Assembly (NCBI GenBank): GCA_963701455.1
Contig: CAVPAE010000006.1
Span: forward strand, 900,458-964,457
Source: an uncultured Gammaproteobacteria bacterium
GTDB lineage: Bacteria; Pseudomonadota; Gammaproteobacteria; UBA9214
Direction: 5' to 3'
Length of the DNA: 64,000 bases
In this document: one piece after another, positions 27,393 to 37,973 of the stretch
Layout: each line of letters begins with the position of its first letter
Position numbering within the stretch: position 1 is the first letter of the stretch
The notes under the pieces: model-generated
What the model was told of the DNA's origin: nothing
The model's database searches: none
What the model saw: only the letters and a program-made list of their open reading frames with translations
Translations under genes and position numbers: made by a program

Positions 27393-29210
27393 TTGTCCTT
27401 GCTGAAGATCGACCGTCGCAGGTTATCGCCGCTGTTTGCCACGCTGTTGCGCACCTGGGGGCCCCAGCACTGGTGGCCCGGTGAAACGCCCTTTGAAGTG
27501 ATGGTGGGCGCGGTGCTGACGCAGAACACCGCCTGGACCAATGTCGAGAAGGCGATCGCCAACCTGGTCGCGCGCGACTGGCTCGATGCCGACCGGATTG
27601 CAGGACTGCGGCAGCGGGACCTGGCGCGGTGCCTGAAACCCTCCGGTTATTTCAATATCAAGGCACAACGCCTGCAGGCATTCTGCCGCTGGTACCGGCA
27701 GGCGGGCGGCTACCCGGCGCTCGCGCGGCTGCCAACGGCGGAACTGCGCGAGGCGCTGCTGGCCGTCAAGGGCATCGGGCCGGAGACCGCCGATGACATG
27801 CTGCTGTATGCCTTCGACCGGCCGGTTTTCGTGGTCGATGCCTACACCCGCCGGTTGTTCTCACGCTTTGGCCTGTGCAGTGGTGACGAGCCCTACGAAC
27901 AGCTGCGCAGCGCCGTTGAGACGGCAATGGGCACCGACGTCGACGCATTCAACGAGCTGCATGCACTGATCGTGCGCCATGCCAGGGAGGTCTGCGGGTG
28001 CGGCCGCGCTGCGCTGACTGCGTGCTGGCCGGACGCTGTCCCGCGGCGCATACCGCCGTCGGCTGACTCCCCTGCGGACAGAGGGGTTTTGCCTGCTATT
28101 CCCGCGGTCTCTGCTAAGATCATTCTGTCAGACACCAATCCGGACACAATGGTGAAGCGCATGCTGCACAAGATCCTCCGTTACCTGCTGGCAATTCCCT
28201 TGCTGCTGTTCCTGAGCGGTGTACAGGCGGAACCGGTATCGCCGCCGACCGGGCTGGAAGCCGGCATGATCAACCCCGGTTACGAGGAAAAGCCGGACTG
28301 GTTCGTCAACTCGTTCCTGGATATCCGTGAAGATGTCAGTGACGCGGCCGCCGCGGACAAGCGCGTGCTGCTGTACTTCTACCAGGACGGTTGTCCCTAC
28401 TGCAAAAAACTGCTGGATACCAATCTTGCACTGAAGGATACCGAGACCCGGATGCGCGAGCATTTCGCGGTGATCGCCATCAACATGTGGGGCGACCGCG
28501 AGGTCACCGGTTTCGCCGGCGAGTTGACCACCGAGAAGGCCTTCGCGCAGTCGCTGCGGGTGATGTTCACGCCGACGCTGCTGTTTCTCGACGAGGCGGG
28601 GAGCGTGGTACTGCGCGTGAATGGCTACTACCCGCCGCACAAGTTCAACGCGGCCCTGGATTATGCCGCGCGCCATGACGGCAAGGACCCGGATTTCAGG
28701 ACCTGGTTTGCGGCGCAGGCAACGGCACCTGCCAGCGGGGTGCTGCACCGCGAACCCGCCTGGCTGTCACCCGAGGCGAACCTGGCCGCGCGTCCGGGCG
28801 GGCGGCCCCTGCTGGTGATGTTCGAGCAGCAGGACTGCGCGCCCTGCGATGAGCTTCATCTGGATATTCTCAAGCGTCCGGCAAGCCGTGAGCAGCTGGC
28901 GCGGCTGGATGTCGTGCTGCTGGATATGTGGTCGCAGGAACCGGTGGCCCGGCCGGACGGCAAGACCGGCAGCGTGGCTGAATGGGCGCGGGAGCTGAAC
29001 GTGCAGTATGCGCCGACACTGGTGTTCTTCGATGCCTCCGGTACCGAGGTCTTCCGTACCGAGGCCTGGCTCCGGTCCTTTCACATCCAGTCCGCCATGG
29101 ATTATGTCGCCTCGGGAGGCTACCTGGAGCAGCCCGATTTCCAGCGGTTCATCGGTGCGCGCGCCGATGCCCTGGAAGCGCAGGGGATTCACGTCGATTT
29201 GCTGGACTGA
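27393..29210 (+). CDS. Single 605-aa ORF. Residues 1-215 are an HhH-GPD base-excision DNA glycosylase-like domain (EndoIII-like). Residues ~250-605 are a signal-peptide-containing double thioredoxin-fold domain (CPYC, CAPC). It is probably two genes, or a fusion.
   Basis: N-terminal half VLTQNTAWTNVEKAI...AVKGIGPETADDML. Second half MVKRMLHKILRYLLAIPLLLFLSGVQA then YFYQDGCPYCKKL and MFEQQDCAPCDEL. No in-frame stop between them. Confidence 0.5.
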   Translation: MSLLKIDRRRLSPLFATLLRTWGPQHWWPGETPFEVMVGAVLTQNTAWTNVEKAIANLVARDWLDADRIAGLRQRDLARCLKPSGYFNIKAQRLQAFCRWYRQAGGYPALARLPTAELREALLAVKGIGPETADDMLLYAFDRPVFVVDAYTRRLFSRFGLCSGDEPYEQLRSAVETAMGTDVDAFNELHALIVRHAREVCGCGRAALTACWPDAVPRRIPPSADSPADRGVLPAIPAVSAKIILSDTNPDTMVKRMLHKILRYLLAIPLLLFLSGVQAEPVSPPTGLEAGMINPGYEEKPDWFVNSFLDIREDVSDAAAADKRVLLYFYQDGCPYCKKLLDTNLALKDTETRMREHFAVIAINMWGDREVTGFAGELTTEKAFAQSLRVMFTPTLLFLDEAGSVVLRVNGYYPPHKFNAALDYAARHDGKDPDFRTWFAAQATAPASGVLHREPAWLSPEANLAARPGGRPLLVMFEQQDCAPCDELHLDILKRPASREQLARLDVVLLDMWSQEPVARPDGKTGSVAEWARELNVQYAPTLVFFDASGTEVFRTEAWLRSFHIQSAMDYVASGGYLEQPDFQRFIGARADALEAQGIHVDLLD

Positions 29211-29214
29211 GATG

Positions 29215-29460
29215 TTGCTATCGCGGTCAGTACCCAAAGAACGGGCATAAAGAGATCGCTTCTAAACCTGCTAGTTTAACTGTAGGAGCGCCGCCCTTCG
29301 GCGCGATTGTTTGAGTTCGCAATCGCGGTCAGTACCCAAAGAACGGGCATAAAAAGACCGCTCCTACACCTGCTAGCCCACCTGTAGGAGCGCCGTCCTT
29401 CGGCGCGATTGTTTGAGGCCGCAATCGCGGTCAGGAGACCGCTCCTACAGCAGGTCCGCG
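29215..29460. repeat. 3 tandem copies of the 82-bp-family palindromic repeat (variant modules)
   Basis: atcgcggtcag...ctgtaggagcgccgcccttcggcgcgattgtttgag units. Some carry a tacccaaagaacgggcataaagag module. Confidence 0.7.
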
Positions 29461-30215
29461 GCGCTCAGTTGCTGGCCGGTGATGCCCTGGCTGTCGGGGC
29501 CGAGCAGGAACAGGAATGGTTTGACGACGTCCGCCGGTTCCGGCAGTGAATTGCGGTCTTCATAGGGATAGGCCATGCGCCGCAACGCGGTGCGCACCGG
29601 GCCCGGGTCCAGGCTGTTAACCCGTATCGGCGTATTCGCTTCGAGTTCATCCGCCAGTATCTGCATGAAGCCCTCGGCGCCGGCCTTGGAGACGGCATAA
29701 GCGCCCCAGTAGGCCTTGCCGTGGCGGCCAGCGGCGTCGGCGGCAAACACGATCGAGGCGTCCCGGCTTTGCTGCAGCAGGCCGAGACAGGCCATGGTCA
29801 GCAGGTAGGGCGCATTGAGATTGACCTGCAGCGTCTCGAACCAGAGTTCGTGCTCGAAATTGGCGAACGGCACCAGGGCGCCGAGGTGTGCCGCGTTGTG
29901 CACCAGCCCGTCGAGGTGGCTGAATTCCTTTTCGATGGTTTCGGCCAGCGTGGCGTAGTCATCCGGCGTGGCGCCCTTGAGATCCAGTGGATACAGGGCG
30001 GGCTCGGGATGACCGGCGGCGGTGATTTCGTCGTAGGCCTGCTCCAGTGCACGCACGTCACGGTCCAGCAGGATGACGCTGGCGCCATGCGCGGCGCAGG
30101 CACCGGCGACGGCGCGGCCAATGCCGTTGGCGGCGCCGGTGATCAGGATGACCCGGTCGTGCAGCAGTTCGGGGGCGGGGTTCCAGTCATGCAGGGTGTC
30201 GGGGATGGCGTTCAT
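29445..30215 (-). CDS. SDR-family oxidoreductase, YciK-like
   Basis: ILITGAANGIGRAVA (TGxxxGxG), YAVSKAG (YxxxK). Confidence 0.75.
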   Translation of the reverse strand: MNAIPDTLHDWNPAPELLHDRVILITGAANGIGRAVAGACAAHGASVILLDRDVRALEQAYDEITAAGHPEPALYPLDLKGATPDDYATLAETIEKEFSHLDGLVHNAAHLGALVPFANFEHELWFETLQVNLNAPYLLTMACLGLLQQSRDASIVFAADAAGRHGKAYWGAYAVSKAGAEGFMQILADELEANTPIRVNSLDPGPVRTALRRMAYPYEDRNSLPEPADVVKPFLFLLGPDSQGITGQQLSAADLL

Positions 30216-30338
30216 GCGGGCGAATTATACCCGGGTTTGCATGATTCGGGCGGCTAATATGTTGTCCCGGCGACACTGACCGGCTGTACGGTTACCGGTT
30301 GTGGCACAATAACAGGACCCGATTAAACAGGCTGGACC

Positions 30339-30986
30339 ATGCTCAAGAATATACCCCTGTTCGCGGACCTGGATGACGCCGAGCTGGAATTCCTTTCGCG
30401 CCGCGCGGTGACGCGGAAGTTTCCACGCAACGCCGTCTTCATGACCGAGGGGGATTACAGCGATTCCCTCTATTGCATCCTGTCCGGCCGGGTGAAGGTC
30501 TACCTGAACGATGACGAGGGCAAGGAAGTGATCCTGAATGTCCAGGGACCGGGGGAATATTTCGGGGAACTGGCCCTGCTGGATTCCGGGCCGCGTTCCG
30601 CCTCGGTCATGGCGCTGGAGAAGTGCCGGCTGTCGGTGATTTCAAAGGCCGATTTCGAGGAATTTCTGGACAATCATGCAGCGGCACAAAAGAAGATCAT
30701 GCTGGGCATGGTCAAGCGCCTGCGGGCGCTGACGGAGAACGTGCGCACGCTGGCACTGCTGGATGTCTACGGGCGGGTGGCACGGGTATTGTTGCAACTG
30801 GCCAGGCCGGTCGGCGATGTGCTGGTGATCAATGAGGAACTGCGCCAGCAGGATATCGCCAATCGCGTCGGTTCCTCGCGCGAGATGGTGAGCCGCGTCC
30901 TGAAAGACCTGCGCGAGGGCGGTTATATCGAGATCGACGAAAACCGCCACATCGTGATCAAGGAGAAATTGCCGGCGGGGTGGTGA
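30339..30986 (+). CDS. Crp/Fnr-family transcriptional regulator
   Basis: cNMP-binding domain (GEYFGELALL) and a C-terminal helix-turn-helix (RQQDIANRVGSSREMVSRVL). Confidence 0.85.
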   Translation: MLKNIPLFADLDDAELEFLSRRAVTRKFPRNAVFMTEGDYSDSLYCILSGRVKVYLNDDEGKEVILNVQGPGEYFGELALLDSGPRSASVMALEKCRLSVISKADFEEFLDNHAAAQKKIMLGMVKRLRALTENVRTLALLDVYGRVARVLLQLARPVGDVLVINEELRQQDIANRVGSSREMVSRVLKDLREGGYIEIDENRHIVIKEKLPAGW

Positions 30987-31029
30987 CCGGTATCGGTTGC
31001 TGCAAGTTTCCCCGATCGTGAAGTTATGC

Positions 31030-31375
31030 TTCCGTCCTGTAGGAGCACCCTAAAGGGCATAAACGCCGTCCTTCGGCGCGATTGTTTGAGGTTCGCATCG
31101 CGGTCAGAAGACCGCTCCTACACGCAATAGATGCACCTGTAGGAGCGCCGCCCTTCGGCGCGATCGTGCAAACATCCATCGCGGTCAGAAGACCGCTCCT
31201 ACACGCAATAGATGCACCTGTAGGAGCGCCGTCCTTCGGCGCGATCGTGCAAACATCCATCGCGGTCAGAAGACCGCTCCTACACAACCAGAAGCACCTG
31301 TAGGAGCGCCGCCCTTCGGCGCGATTGTCCGGGTCTGGTATCGCGGTCAGGAGACCGCTCCTACAGGAGGATGAT
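31030..31375. repeat. 4 tandem copies of the 82-bp-family palindromic repeat
   Basis: Same ctgtaggagcgccgYccttcggcgcgat...atcgcggtcagaagaccgctcctaca units. Confidence 0.7.
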
Positions 31376-31399
31376 TGCAACGATGGAGTTTGCCGGGTC

Positions 31400-31606
31400 C
31401 TAGAAACAAACCCACTGGCCCTGAAACCAGAAGCAGAGATGTCCCGGACTGTGTTTGGTTGCGGCCATGACGATGATGTCCGAGTGGGGTGGTGCAGGGG
31501 CCGCCGGTGCCTTTCCCGCGTCGCCTCCGCCGATCTTTTCGATGCCCACGATCTTGCCTGTGGGGTCCATCTCGAACTCGATCTGGAATTTCACATTTCC
31601 GCTCAT
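31400..31606 (-). CDS. Small hypothetical protein (68 aa) with a Gly/Ala/Pro linker and a Cys/Trp-rich C-terminus
   Basis: MSGNVKFQIEFEMDPTGKIVGIEKIGGGDAGKAPAAPAPP...CFWFQGQWVCF. Coding status uncertain. Confidence 0.3.
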   Translation of the reverse strand: MSGNVKFQIEFEMDPTGKIVGIEKIGGGDAGKAPAAPAPPHSDIIVMAATKHSPGHLCFWFQGQWVCF

Positions 31607-31744
31607 GATCTCCTCCCTGCTGCTTGCCGGTAGATTGCCGCGCCCGTTACTCCGGGGCGACGCAGTGCTTTGCAGCGGCCGTGGTGGGCCGCTGGCTCCT
31701 GCTTTATTCTGTCTGCCGAGCTGTGGACTCGGCCGGTTCGTCAG

Positions 31745-34700
31745 AACGCCAGGGTAATGCGCCCGTAGACGAGCCGTTCCGGATAGATTCGCGGGTTGAA
31801 GGGATCGGTATCGACGAAGTTGAACGATTCGTCGAACAGGTTGCTGACACCGACACTGACCAGTCCACGGCGTTTCGGCAGGCGATAGCCCAGCGCGGTA
31901 TCCACGATCCAGAAATCTTCATCCTGTTCTTGCAGTCAACGTACTGCCCGGCTGTATCAGCGAAGTCACCTGTCTGGTCCATGTAGCTGGCCTTGAGTTT
32001 CGCGATGTAGCCGTCGGGGATGAAAATAATTGATGCTCAGGGGGAGCTTGTTGGTCCGGACCCGGGTTGCCTCCAGTTCACCGGTGAAATCGTCGGTACG
32101 CGCAAAGCGCTCGTACTGGTATTCCGCCCCGATGGACAGGCGCGGGTGTGGCGTCCAGAGGAGGTAGGCCCGCCCGAAGCGCTCCTGCCAGTCGGATTCA
32201 ATCACATCCGGAACCGGTGTTACCTGGATGCGTGGAACATCGAGGTCACGCCAGGAGTATTCCATGCCTGCCGCGAGGTCGGGGCTGAATACCTGGTCGA
32301 GCGCCACGCCGTAGCGCTTTGTCACGGTACCTTCCGGATCATCGTAGAACTGGTTGAAGCCCGCGACCTGGGTCGGTTCCACGGTCTGGTTCGAGATCAG
32401 GCTGCGCTTGACCGTGCGAAAGGCGGCGGCTCGCAGGGTGGTGTCGGGGATGAACTCCCAGCTCAGGCCGAGCTTCGGATTGAACTTGTTGACATCGTGT
32501 GTGAGTTTGTCGGTCGAGGTGATCGGGAACGGAATAGCATCCAGGTTGGTGACCGAGTTAACCGTCTTGTCGTTCTCAAAATCATCGTAGCTCCCGCCAA
32601 CTGTCACGGTCAGGTTGTCGCGCGGCAGGTAATAGGTATAGATATAGGCGTTCGCATGGGTGATGTCATCGTGTTCTGTGGCTGTTATGTCACTGAACAG
32701 AAATTCGTCACCCATGAAGGAGTTGTCGATGACACGTTCATTTCGCTTCCTGTCTGCATCGAAGTAGCCGATGCCGCTGATCAGGTTAAGCGATTTACTT
32801 CGCCACAGATGCTGCAGTTCCGATACATAGCCATCAACCGGCCCGTCCAGATCAGCCGTATAGAGTGATGCAATCTCGGAATGCAGATTCTCATCACGAT
32901 CCTGACGTATATAGGACGCGATGATTTCCGAGTGGGGGGTGAATTTATGATTCAGGCCCAGCCGTGCGGTATCGGTATCGATGGTCCTGCGTTCATTTGA
33001 TCTCATAAAGTTCGGGTCTATATGCAGCTGCAGATCACCGCCATCGCTCTCGAGATGCCGTACCTCGGCCTGGAGGCTGGTCTTGTAGCTAACTGCCGTC
33101 TGCACGAACAGGTTGTAGACCGTCCTCGTTCTGGTCGCCGTTGTCCTGGTAGCCGTCGGTTTCGTAATGGAACTGGCCCGCGCTCCAGGACCAGTTGTTG
33201 TACACGCCGCTTTGTACCAGGTCATCGCCCAGGGTGTCGTTGCCCCCGGCGAGAGCATTGGCCTGCAGGGCAAGGCGGTTGCGTGTGAACAGTGGATTGA
33301 ACTCCAGGAATGCCGCATCTGACGGGCCGGCATTTTCCAGGATGAACAGGTCGGTCTCGGCCAGTTGCGGTTGCACCGGTGTCAGGTTGAGGGGCTGCAG
33401 CAACTGCGATTGCAGCAGTTCGCTAACGCGGGCGATCTCGTGGCGCGGCTGGGAAGAATAACTATCAGCCAGCAGGCGGTGGGCGGAGAAATTGGTCGGG
33501 TCGGTGTTGACCGACTGCCAGCCCTCGACCAGGGCGCGTTGTTCGAAGCCGAGGTCACGTGTAAATCCGTGCAATGCTGGCGCTGCGTGTCGCCAGGTCG
33601 GAATCCAGTTCCAGGCGGGAGCGGTAGACCGCGCGGTTGTCGTTCAGCTTGATGGAGGTCTGCAGGTCATGCAGGGCCTCGACGGGGCGGTTCTCCGTCT
33701 GCTTGCGGATGGCGTCGTAGAACCACGGCGTCGGATCGTTGGGGTCCAGTTTCCGGGCCATCTCGTACTGGGTCCCTGCCAGCCTGTCGCGTTTTTCCTC
33801 GTAGTAGGCCTTGCCCATGTAGCTGCGGATCAGGGAATTGCCCGGGTCCAGCGCCACGGCGACTTCGATTTCCTCGCGGCCGGCTGTCAGTTCGCCGCGG
33901 CGTATCTTTGCCAGCCCGAGGCCGAGGCGGGGCAGGGGCGCGGCCTGGTCGAGTGCGATGGCCTTCTCGAATGCCGCCGTGGCCTCGGGCAGCCGGATTT
34001 CCGTCAACCAGGCGAAGCCCAGTACGGTCTGGGTGTGGGCAACGTTCACGTCCAGTGCCACGGCACGTTCCGCTGCATTCACGCCCTGGTCAAGGTCGCC
34101 CACGGAGAGCCACAACTCCGCCAGGCGTGACCAGGCGAGCGCATTGCCAGGTTGCTTGCGGACGGCATACTGCAGGGTGGCGAGCGCGGCAGACAAGTCA
34201 AAGTGCGCCTGTTGTGCATAGGACAGCGCGATTCTGGCCGTGGCGGATTCCGGTGCGGCCTCCACTGCACGTGTCGCCAGTGCCAGCGCGGAATCCTTGT
34301 CGTTCAGGGTCAGGGCGATAATCGATTGCAGTGCCAGTGCATCGCTGTTGCCGGGGTCCTGCTGCAGCAGCATGTCGAGCAGGCCGCGGGCGGCATCGAC
34401 CTGGCCGACGTCAAGCGCCTGCGCGGCCTGTTGCAGCGTGGTGTTGCCGGACGTCAGCACCGGCGGGTAATACAGCGTCCACTGAACGGCATCACGGGGG
34501 CGCACCAGCACCTGCTTGAACGGGGCCATTCCGGCCTGCGCGATAGCCTGCTCGCCGTCAGCCACTGCGACATCGCCTGCAGCGGACTCGACCCGGACCC
34601 GGCCTTCATAAACGGTCACATCCGTCTGGTTCGTTGCGACCTCGACCAGGAACTCCGTGCCTTCGATGGCAGCATTGGCAAACGGGGTGATGACTTTCAA

Positions 34701-35139
34701 CGAGCGCGGATCGCGGCTGATAAGGTGGGCCGCACCTTTCAGCAGTTCCAGCCAGGTCGAGCCATCCGTGGTTTCCGCGGGTGTAAACACGATGGAGCTC
34801 GACTGGTCCAGCCGGATAATGGTTTCCGGGTACAACTGGATGGCAACCCGGCTGTTCGCACCGGTACGCAGCGGCATCGCCGGGACAGTACTCCTCTTCC
34901 CGGGTTGCCGCCTGCCAGTCCGTTTCACCGGCATAGCGGACATCCAGGGGGCCTTGTATAGAGACCGCACGGGCGATGCTGGATTCGCAGCGCTCTGCTG
35001 CAGTGATGTGTGGTGAGGCGAATGCCAGTGCGAGTTGCAAGCCGATACAGGTGATGGAATAACGCGTCGCTGAAAAGTCAAAGAACTCTCTCCCCGAAAA
35101 AGCCCGGCATTGCGGGCGATTATCATGTTGTTTAGCCAT
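31745..35139 (-). pseudogene. Large secreted protein gene (~1130 aa) split over at least 5 reading frames: signal peptide, FecR-like domain, TPR repeats, C-terminal beta-barrel ending in Phe
   Basis: Pieces on the minus strand: 34606..35139 (signal peptide), 33555..35126 (ITPFANAAIEGTEFLVEV FecR block plus TPRs), 33089..33574, 31966..33333 (beta-rich), 31745..31928 (…NLFDESFNFVDTDPFNPRIYPERLVYGRITLAF stop). Frame breaks near 34880, 33565, 33100-33330 and 31940. Confidence 0.5.
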
Positions 35140-35400
35140 ATACGTAAAACTACGTAGTACTAAGTAGTTTTACGTATATGGCGCTATTTGTAGTGTTTGT
35201 GAGGAGTACTTTAAGTGTCCTGCGCTGGAAAACCAACCCTGTGAACAGGAGTTTTGCTCGATTTAAGGAGTCTCTGAACAAGTTATGATTCGTCATTCCG
35301 GCGAAGGCCGGAATCTAGGGAAATCAACAAACTGGACCCCGGCCTTCGCCGGGGTGACGAATTGTTCAGGATTTCCTTAATGTGGATCAATTGACCGGGA

Positions 35401-37626
35401 TCATTTGAGATCCATGCGAATCATTCCGTCCTGGTCAGGCGGCGGTTGCAGGCGGCAGCGGGCCAGGAAAAAACGCAGCACGCCGTCGCGATCGTTCTCC
35501 TTCTGCAGTGCCGAAAATATCGATTCAGCCGTGTGCCGGTCGCCGGCACGAAACGCGGCGAGTCCCTCGGCGAAGCGCGCCAGGTAGCCACTGCGGCTGG
35601 CTGCTTCCGGGTCGGCTTCGGTACCCAGCAGTTCATGGATCACCACGGGGCGGGATTTACCTGAAAGGATGAAGCTGCCCAGCTCGCGTGTCTGCAGGCC
35701 AGCGACACCGGCAAGGACTTCCGCGCTCAGCAGGATTTGCGTTCCCAGGTGTGAATTCAGCCCCTGGATGCGCGTGCTGGTGTTGACGATATCCCCGACG
35801 GCCCGGTATTCGTAATGGTCCACCGCGCCGATGTTGCCCAGCAGGATTTCTCCGCTGTGCAGACCGATGCGTGTCTGCAGGCAGTGCCGCATACCTGCGT
35901 TTGCAGGCGCATCCAGGGCGCGGTTGATCTCCAGGGCCGCCTGGATCGCCTGACGCTGGATAGCAGGTTCCCGTTTCACCGCCGCCCAGATCGCCAGCAT
36001 GGCATCGCCCACCACGTCGGAGATAATGCCGTTGTTGTTGCGCACCGGTTGAAACAGGGTTTCGTAGTAGGCATTCATTAATTCACCCAGCTCCGCGGGC
36101 GGCATGGCTTCCGACATCCGGGTGTATTCGTAGGCATCGGTGGACAGACAGACCCCGTGCATCAGTTGTCCGGCTGCCTGGGTATCGGCGCGCTTGCTGG
36201 CAAGTTCGTCCACCACCTGCGGGGGCAGGTACAGGCCGAAAGCCGAGCGGATGGTTTCCCGTTCCCGGTTGACGTCGAGGTAATGCCACAACAGGGCGGC
36301 GAACAGGGCCAGCGGCAGTTGCAGTCCCAGCGGCATCAGCAGCGGCAGCCACACTGCCGAATGGCTGAACAGGAGATGGCTGCCGCCGAGGTAGAGACCC
36401 GCAAGGCCAATTCCCGCCAGGATCGCCGGGACAGCCGGCAGCAGCCGTACCAGTGCACCTGCCAGGACGCCCCATGCCAGCAGCAGGCCATAGAAAACCG
36501 GTAACGGCAGCGGGGTGACGGGCAGGTCTTCCAGCAGGTTGGCGAATGCCGTGGCGGCGATTTCCACCCCGCTCAGGTTCAGTCCGTTGTCCTGTGAGAA
36601 CACGGTGTAGAACTCATCCAGTTGTTCGGGGTGCAGGCGTTCCGAGTAACCCACGAACACCGCCTTGCCCTGCAAGTCGGGCAGCCCTGTCTCTCCTGGC
36701 CGGGTGTTCCCGGGCGCCAGCAGGCGTGCGTAGGGAATGGTGGTAATGGTTTGCGGCGGTCCGTAAAAGTTCAGGTAACGGCTGTCCGGGCCGGAATACA
36801 GGCCGAGCAGTGCCAGCAGCAGACCATGCTGTTTCGTGTCGGTGCTGAATGCCCCACGCAGCGCAGTTGCCAGGTCCGGGTTTGCCGCAAAGGTTGCGCG
36901 CAATGCCTGTATTTCATGCACCAGGCCGGCTCCAGGCTGACTGCCGGATGTGGCCGGTTTTCGAGCAGGCGCCGTGGCCAGGTCGGCAACCCGTGCCTGC
37001 AATTCGGGAATGGCCGCAGCCGTATGCAGTTGCAGTGCGACCACCGGTTCGCTCGGCAACTCGCCGGTGCCGCTGGTGAAGGCCCAGTACTGGCTGACCC
37101 TGACCGGGTAGACCGGCAGGGGGAAGGGCGCTATGGCACGGGCCGCCGTGGCAAGTTCCTCAACGGGCGGCAGCAGTTGCTGGGTGATCATCTCCCCGGT
37201 GTACTTGCCGGTTGCATCAAACAGGCGGGTGATATCCTTGCGGGTATAGGCGAACAGGACCACGCGATTGGCATCCCTGATGGCCTGCGCCAGCAGCCGG
37301 TCTTCCCCGGGTCCCCGTGCTTCCCTGAAAAAGATATCGAGTGCGATGACCGATGCCCCGGCAGCGGCAAGCCGGTTTACCAGTTGCGCATGGATGCTGC
37401 GCGGCCACTGTGCAGGTTCGTTTGGCAGCCCCAGGGCCTGCGCGGAGAGCTTGTCGATACTGACGACGATGACGTCTTCAGGCGGCGCGCGGGTTCCCCG
37501 CAGCTTGAACAGCAGGTCGAGGCCGGTGCTTTCCTCGAGCGCGTGCATGCCGGGCAGGCTGCTGACAATCACGCCAAACAGGCCGGTGAGGACTCCCAGC
37601 AACAGCGCCTTTGCCTGTCTGGTCAT
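35401..37626 (-). CDS. CHASE2 sensor domain-containing adenylate/guanylate cyclase
   Basis: N-terminal CHASE2 domain, TM region, C-terminal class III cyclase (VVGDAMLAIWAA, RIGLHSGEILLGNIG, GDIVNTSTRIQG). Confidence 0.85.
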   Translation of the reverse strand: MTRQAKALLLGVLTGLFGVIVSSLPGMHALEESTGLDLLFKLRGTRAPPEDVIVVSIDKLSAQALGLPNEPAQWPRSIHAQLVNRLAAAGASVIALDIFFREARGPGEDRLLAQAIRDANRVVLFAYTRKDITRLFDATGKYTGEMITQQLLPPVEELATAARAIAPFPLPVYPVRVSQYWAFTSGTGELPSEPVVALQLHTAAAIPELQARVADLATAPARKPATSGSQPGAGLVHEIQALRATFAANPDLATALRGAFSTDTKQHGLLLALLGLYSGPDSRYLNFYGPPQTITTIPYARLLAPGNTRPGETGLPDLQGKAVFVGYSERLHPEQLDEFYTVFSQDNGLNLSGVEIAATAFANLLEDLPVTPLPLPVFYGLLLAWGVLAGALVRLLPAVPAILAGIGLAGLYLGGSHLLFSHSAVWLPLLMPLGLQLPLALFAALLWHYLDVNRERETIRSAFGLYLPPQVVDELASKRADTQAAGQLMHGVCLSTDAYEYTRMSEAMPPAELGELMNAYYETLFQPVRNNNGIISDVVGDAMLAIWAAVKREPAIQRQAIQAALEINRALDAPANAGMRHCLQTRIGLHSGEILLGNIGAVDHYEYRAVGDIVNTSTRIQGLNSHLGTQILLSAEVLAGVAGLQTRELGSFILSGKSRPVVIHELLGTEADPEAASRSGYLARFAEGLAAFRAGDRHTAESIFSALQKENDRDGVLRFFLARCRLQPPPDQDGMIRMDLK

Positions 37627-37744
37627 CAGGATGAGCTGTTTCAGGGTAGCGTTTCGTGAGAATCAATAATGGGACAGAAACAGGGGGATGACAAGCAAAC
37701 CCTTGATGCTGCAGGCAGTCGGGTATGCAGTTCTACGGTGCGGT

Positions 37745-37850
37745 TGCTTAAGTCCGCATCGCGGTCAGTACCCAAAGAACGGGCATAAAGAGACCGCTCC
37801 TACAGCCAATAGTTGCACCTGTAGGAGCGGCTTTCAGCCGCGATTTGCGC
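37745..37850. repeat. Single copy of the 82-bp-family palindromic repeat
   Basis: atcgcggtcagtacccaaagaacgggcataaagagaccgctcctaca...cctgtaggagcgg. Confidence 0.5.
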
Positions 37851-37973
37851 CTGCAAAACCGGACCAGAAGATCACCAGCGGTGAATTCCAGGAATGGCAT
37901 GAAATAGTCATTGCATCCTGTAATTCATGGGGTGAAATGGGTTGTCAATCCAGAATATATGCAACTGACGAGT

